DNA from: Thermoplasmatales archaeon
GTDB taxonomy: Archaea > Thermoplasmatota > Thermoplasmata > Thermoplasmatales > Thermoplasmataceae
Assembly: GCA_027310185.1 (NCBI GenBank)
Contig: DAIDBH010000014.1
Location: 192,001-256,000 of the forward strand
Reading direction: 5' to 3'
DNA length: 64,000 nucleotides
This document shows, piece after piece, positions 59,516 to 64,000 of the stretch. Within the stretch, counting starts at the first letter, position 1; each line of letters opens with the position of its first letter. The position numbers were made by a program, and so were the translations under genes. The notes below the pieces were generated by a model that did not search any database, was not told the DNA's origin, and saw only the letters and a list, made by a program, of their open reading frames with translations.

Positions 59516-60176
59516 CTTCAGACCGGAAGAAAAATTAAATGAAAATGAAGCAGAAGTTATGGGTATTTTAAATATACCATTGGTGAGGATTGTCAAAATT
59601 GATGATGTAAGGGCCCCGGATCTTAAAAAATTTGATGGCATCGCTTTTACGAGCTCCACCAGTGTTGGATATTTCTTTGACATGTACGGTGAAATAGATG
59701 GGAAGATCATGATTTTCTCCATCGGTGATTCCACTGCTAGAGAATTGGAAAAATATATCACCAATCCACTTGTATGCAGTGACTCCAATTCCGGTGGCTA
59801 TGCATCTTTCATAGAACGGCACAATCCAAGAAGTGTACTGATACCCAGGGGCGAGACCCATTCAGGTGTGCTCAATGATGAGCTCAAGAAAGCAGGTATT
59901 TACAGCGAAAACCTCTACCTTTACAGATATGAGGATATTGATCAGAGGGAAAATATCCGGAAAGCAGTGAAGGATGAACGAACACCATTTATATTCACTT
60001 CACCCCTTGAAGTCCGGTTATTCAGGAAATACACAAATGGTAGATATATTGATAATCCTGTTTATCCCATTGGAAAAACAACTTTTACAGCGTTGAAGGA
60101 TGCAGGCCTCACGAATATAAGGTTTGAAGGCAAGAAGACGTTTTCAGAACTTGTAAAATTTATGAACTCGCAATAG
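59502..60176 (+). CDS. hemD: Uroporphyrinogen-III synthase
   Basis: FTS, IGDSTA, FTSP, IGKTT; follows hemC. Confidence 0.85.
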   Translation: MVIISFRPEEKLNENEAEVMGILNIPLVRIVKIDDVRAPDLKKFDGIAFTSSTSVGYFFDMYGEIDGKIMIFSIGDSTARELEKYITNPLVCSDSNSGGYASFIERHNPRSVLIPRGETHSGVLNDELKKAGIYSENLYLYRYEDIDQRENIRKAVKDERTPFIFTSPLEVRLFRKYTNGRYIDNPVYPIGKTTFTALKDAGLTNIRFEGKKTFSELVKFMNSQ

Positions 60177-60248
60177 CGGGGAATGGATTTGAACCATCGA
60201 TCTACGGGTTATGAGCCCGTCGGGATTTCCTAACTACCCCACCCCGCT
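60174..60248 (-). tRNA. Initiator tRNA-Met (CAT)
   Basis: Minus strand AGCGGGGTGGGGTAGTTAGGAAATCCCG-ACGGG-CTCATAA-CCCGT-AGATCGATGGTTCAAATCCATTCCCCGCTA; A1-U72 pair and three G-C pairs in the anticodon stem. Confidence 0.95.
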
Positions 60249-60362
60249 GTTATACCGTATTTGTTATTTGGATATATATGTTATTGATATGATCATGCCT
60301 AATTTATGCTGTATTCAATGAGTGGACCAGAATTCTTGATATTAAATTTTAAAAAATAAAAT

Positions 60363-60968
60363 CTATCTGAAAGATTCTGCTATTCTTTCTGCCTTCAGCT
60401 CCTTTGCCTTGGATTCCAGGTAGGTGTAGACAGTTCTCTGCTTCTTGCCTTCGATTATCATTTGAAGTGCCTGGAGCGCATACCTCATTGAAATGTAGTC
60501 TCCTATGAGGGATACTGTATCCCCATAAACGCACACAAAACAGTCTGTGATATCCTCGACTATCTGTCTTGTCTTCCCCTGCCTGCCTATTATTCTTCCC
60601 TTTATCTCATTGATCCTGTTTGAGCCTTTTCTTGCAAACTCCCTGAGAGAAATAACCACAAGCTGGAAACCATCATTGTAAAGGTAGAGTGCCCTTTCCG
60701 GGCTGAAGCCTCTTCCTATTGCCTTCACAACCTCTCCAGTTGCGTTTACCTTCAGTGGATCGGTATCCTCCTTTGCAGTTACCAGGATGTCACCATCCGT
60801 GGAATCTATATCGAGCATGCAGCCTGATATTTCCTCTATATCATTCTTCGTTTTTCCTTCCCTGCCAACCAGGGCGCCTATCCTGTCTCGCGGTATTCTT
60901 ATACTGATTGAATTTTCTATGTGATCGCTTCCTTCACTCATCTCTTTCACCCGGGAATTCCGGCTCAT
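60363..60968 (-). CDS. KH-domain ribosome biogenesis protein (Dim2/Pno1-like)
   Basis: IGALVGREG, AIGRGFSPE, KGRIIGRQGK. Confidence 0.9.
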   Translation of the reverse strand: MSRNSRVKEMSEGSDHIENSISIRIPRDRIGALVGREGKTKNDIEEISGCMLDIDSTDGDILVTAKEDTDPLKVNATGEVVKAIGRGFSPERALYLYNDGFQLVVISLREFARKGSNRINEIKGRIIGRQGKTRQIVEDITDCFVCVYGDTVSLIGDYISMRYALQALQMIIEGKKQRTVYTYLESKAKELKAERIAESFR

Positions 60969-61692
60969 TTACATTAAATTCAAGGCCATTCCTCTTTGCA
61001 AATGCCCTCATGTTATTCATATCCCTCACAAGAAAGTCCTTTGCCTTTGGATGCTTGTATGAAACAGCCTGGCCCATATCTATGATATAGGACTTCTTCC
61101 TGTAACAGAGTACATTGTATTCACTGAAATCAGCATGAATAATCTTTGCCTTTTCCACCATCTTCCTGTATTCGTTCATGGATGAATCAAAATATGACTG
61201 CATCTCCTCTTCCTTAACATCTTTCAACTTTTTTGCAGCGGACCTCCTGTCACCGATGTAGCTCATCAGGATTATATTCTTAACCACCGCCAAAGGCTCC
61301 GGTGCCCTGATGCCGAATTTCCTGCATTCCAGAAGATTGGCATATTCTTTCCTTGCCCAGACGAATATAAGCGACCCCCTTGACTTCCTCTGCTTTGCAA
61401 ATCGTGGATCTCCATCTATATAATCATTAATATGCTGAAACCTCAATGTGGATGTCTTGAATATCTTCATCACCACACCCTTCTTTTCTCCTTCCACCTT
61501 GAAAACAAGCGATTCCTTTCCTGATGAAATAGGATAATCGATATACTTTATATTGAACTGCTTGAAGAGCGTGTATATGTTGTCAAGCGTTCTTTTATCA
61601 AAAACAAGACCTTCTGTCTTTTCGTCAATGAACTCATTGAAGTTGAATTCGTCCCTGTCTATCAGCTGCTTCAGTGCGCTTCTATCTTCCAT
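60934..61692 (-). CDS. rio1: RIO1 serine kinase
   Basis: ISSGKES, WARKEYANL, IHADFSEYN, IDMGQ. Confidence 0.93.
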   Translation of the reverse strand: MEDRSALKQLIDRDEFNFNEFIDEKTEGLVFDKRTLDNIYTLFKQFNIKYIDYPISSGKESLVFKVEGEKKGVVMKIFKTSTLRFQHINDYIDGDPRFAKQRKSRGSLIFVWARKEYANLLECRKFGIRAPEPLAVVKNIILMSYIGDRRSAAKKLKDVKEEEMQSYFDSSMNEYRKMVEKAKIIHADFSEYNVLCYRKKSYIIDMGQAVSYKHPKAKDFLVRDMNNMRAFAKRNGLEFNVNEPEFPGERDE

Positions 61693-61700
61693 CTCTTGCT

Positions 61701-62030
61701 CTATTTAAATATGTTGATAAGCTCAGGCAGTGCAGAGTTTCTGCTTAGGTAATTTGCCTGCGTCTGGGTATACCTGTAAACGATATCAGCCTTCTCAGTC
61801 TGGAACTGCCATGGCTTTACTATTACCAGATCATTTTCCCTTATCCACATTCTCTTCTTCATCTTGCCTGGAATCCTGGCTGTTCTTGTGTAGCCATCCT
61901 CACACATAACTGAAAGATGGGAACCTCCTGATAATTTCTCAACTATACCATAGAGTTCCCCCTTCCTCTTGTTTGGAACTATTACTCTCGTAAAATTTTC
62001 TTCATTATCGTTATTATTCTTATACGGCAT
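61701..62030 (-). CDS. eif1a: Translation initiation factor aIF1A
   Basis: C.DG..R.ARIPGKMKKRMWI...D.V.V.PW. Confidence 0.95.
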   Translation of the reverse strand: MPYKNNNDNEENFTRVIVPNKRKGELYGIVEKLSGGSHLSVMCEDGYTRTARIPGKMKKRMWIRENDLVIVKPWQFQTEKADIVYRYTQTQANYLSRNSALPELINIFK

Positions 62031-62127
62031 TATAACCTCTCATGTTGTACTAAGTCATACGATTTCCGTATATTTACTTTTATAAACGAAGATTCACGCT
62101 TGAAACTGGAAATCTGGATAGGATGGA

Positions 62128-64000
<1,873 letters not shown>

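Overview
64 kb of an archaeal chromosome. Gene content and order point to Thermoplasmatales (inference): eIF5A, L10e, L18e, RpoD/RpoN/RpoA'', MCM, Cdc6, a TA0938-family gene, an N-terminally extended RpoA'' followed directly by NusA with no L30e, and a trpB2-type trp operon. Most of the window is housekeeping: translation and transcription clusters, trpB2-A-D-F-E-G-C plus DAHP synthase, hemL-C-D, prpD-prpB, a Rieske/cytochrome b pair, pdxS, folC, and two tRNAs (Pro-GGG and initiator Met). Two accessory stretches stand out. The first (~15.6-25.8 kb) ends at tRNA-Pro and holds a persulfide dioxygenase-like/rhodanese pair, a Zn-finger + PqqC/CADD-like oxidase with TA0938, an aquaporin, DedA and a ~280-nt structured non-coding element resembling IS200/IS605 ends. 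The second (~44.5-47.4 kb) holds a structured intergenic RNA candidate, a 655-aa secreted protein with a C-terminal hydrophobic hairpin, and a convergent small membrane protein with an internal duplication. That pair is the best candidate for an undescribed system (archaeocin/immunity-like, by inference only). Three apparent pseudoenzymes with eroded catalytic motifs (AlaX-like, CPBP-like, crotonase-like) also occur. No CRISPR array, rRNA, integrase or transposase gene was seen. All calls come from motif recognition by eye, with no database searches.
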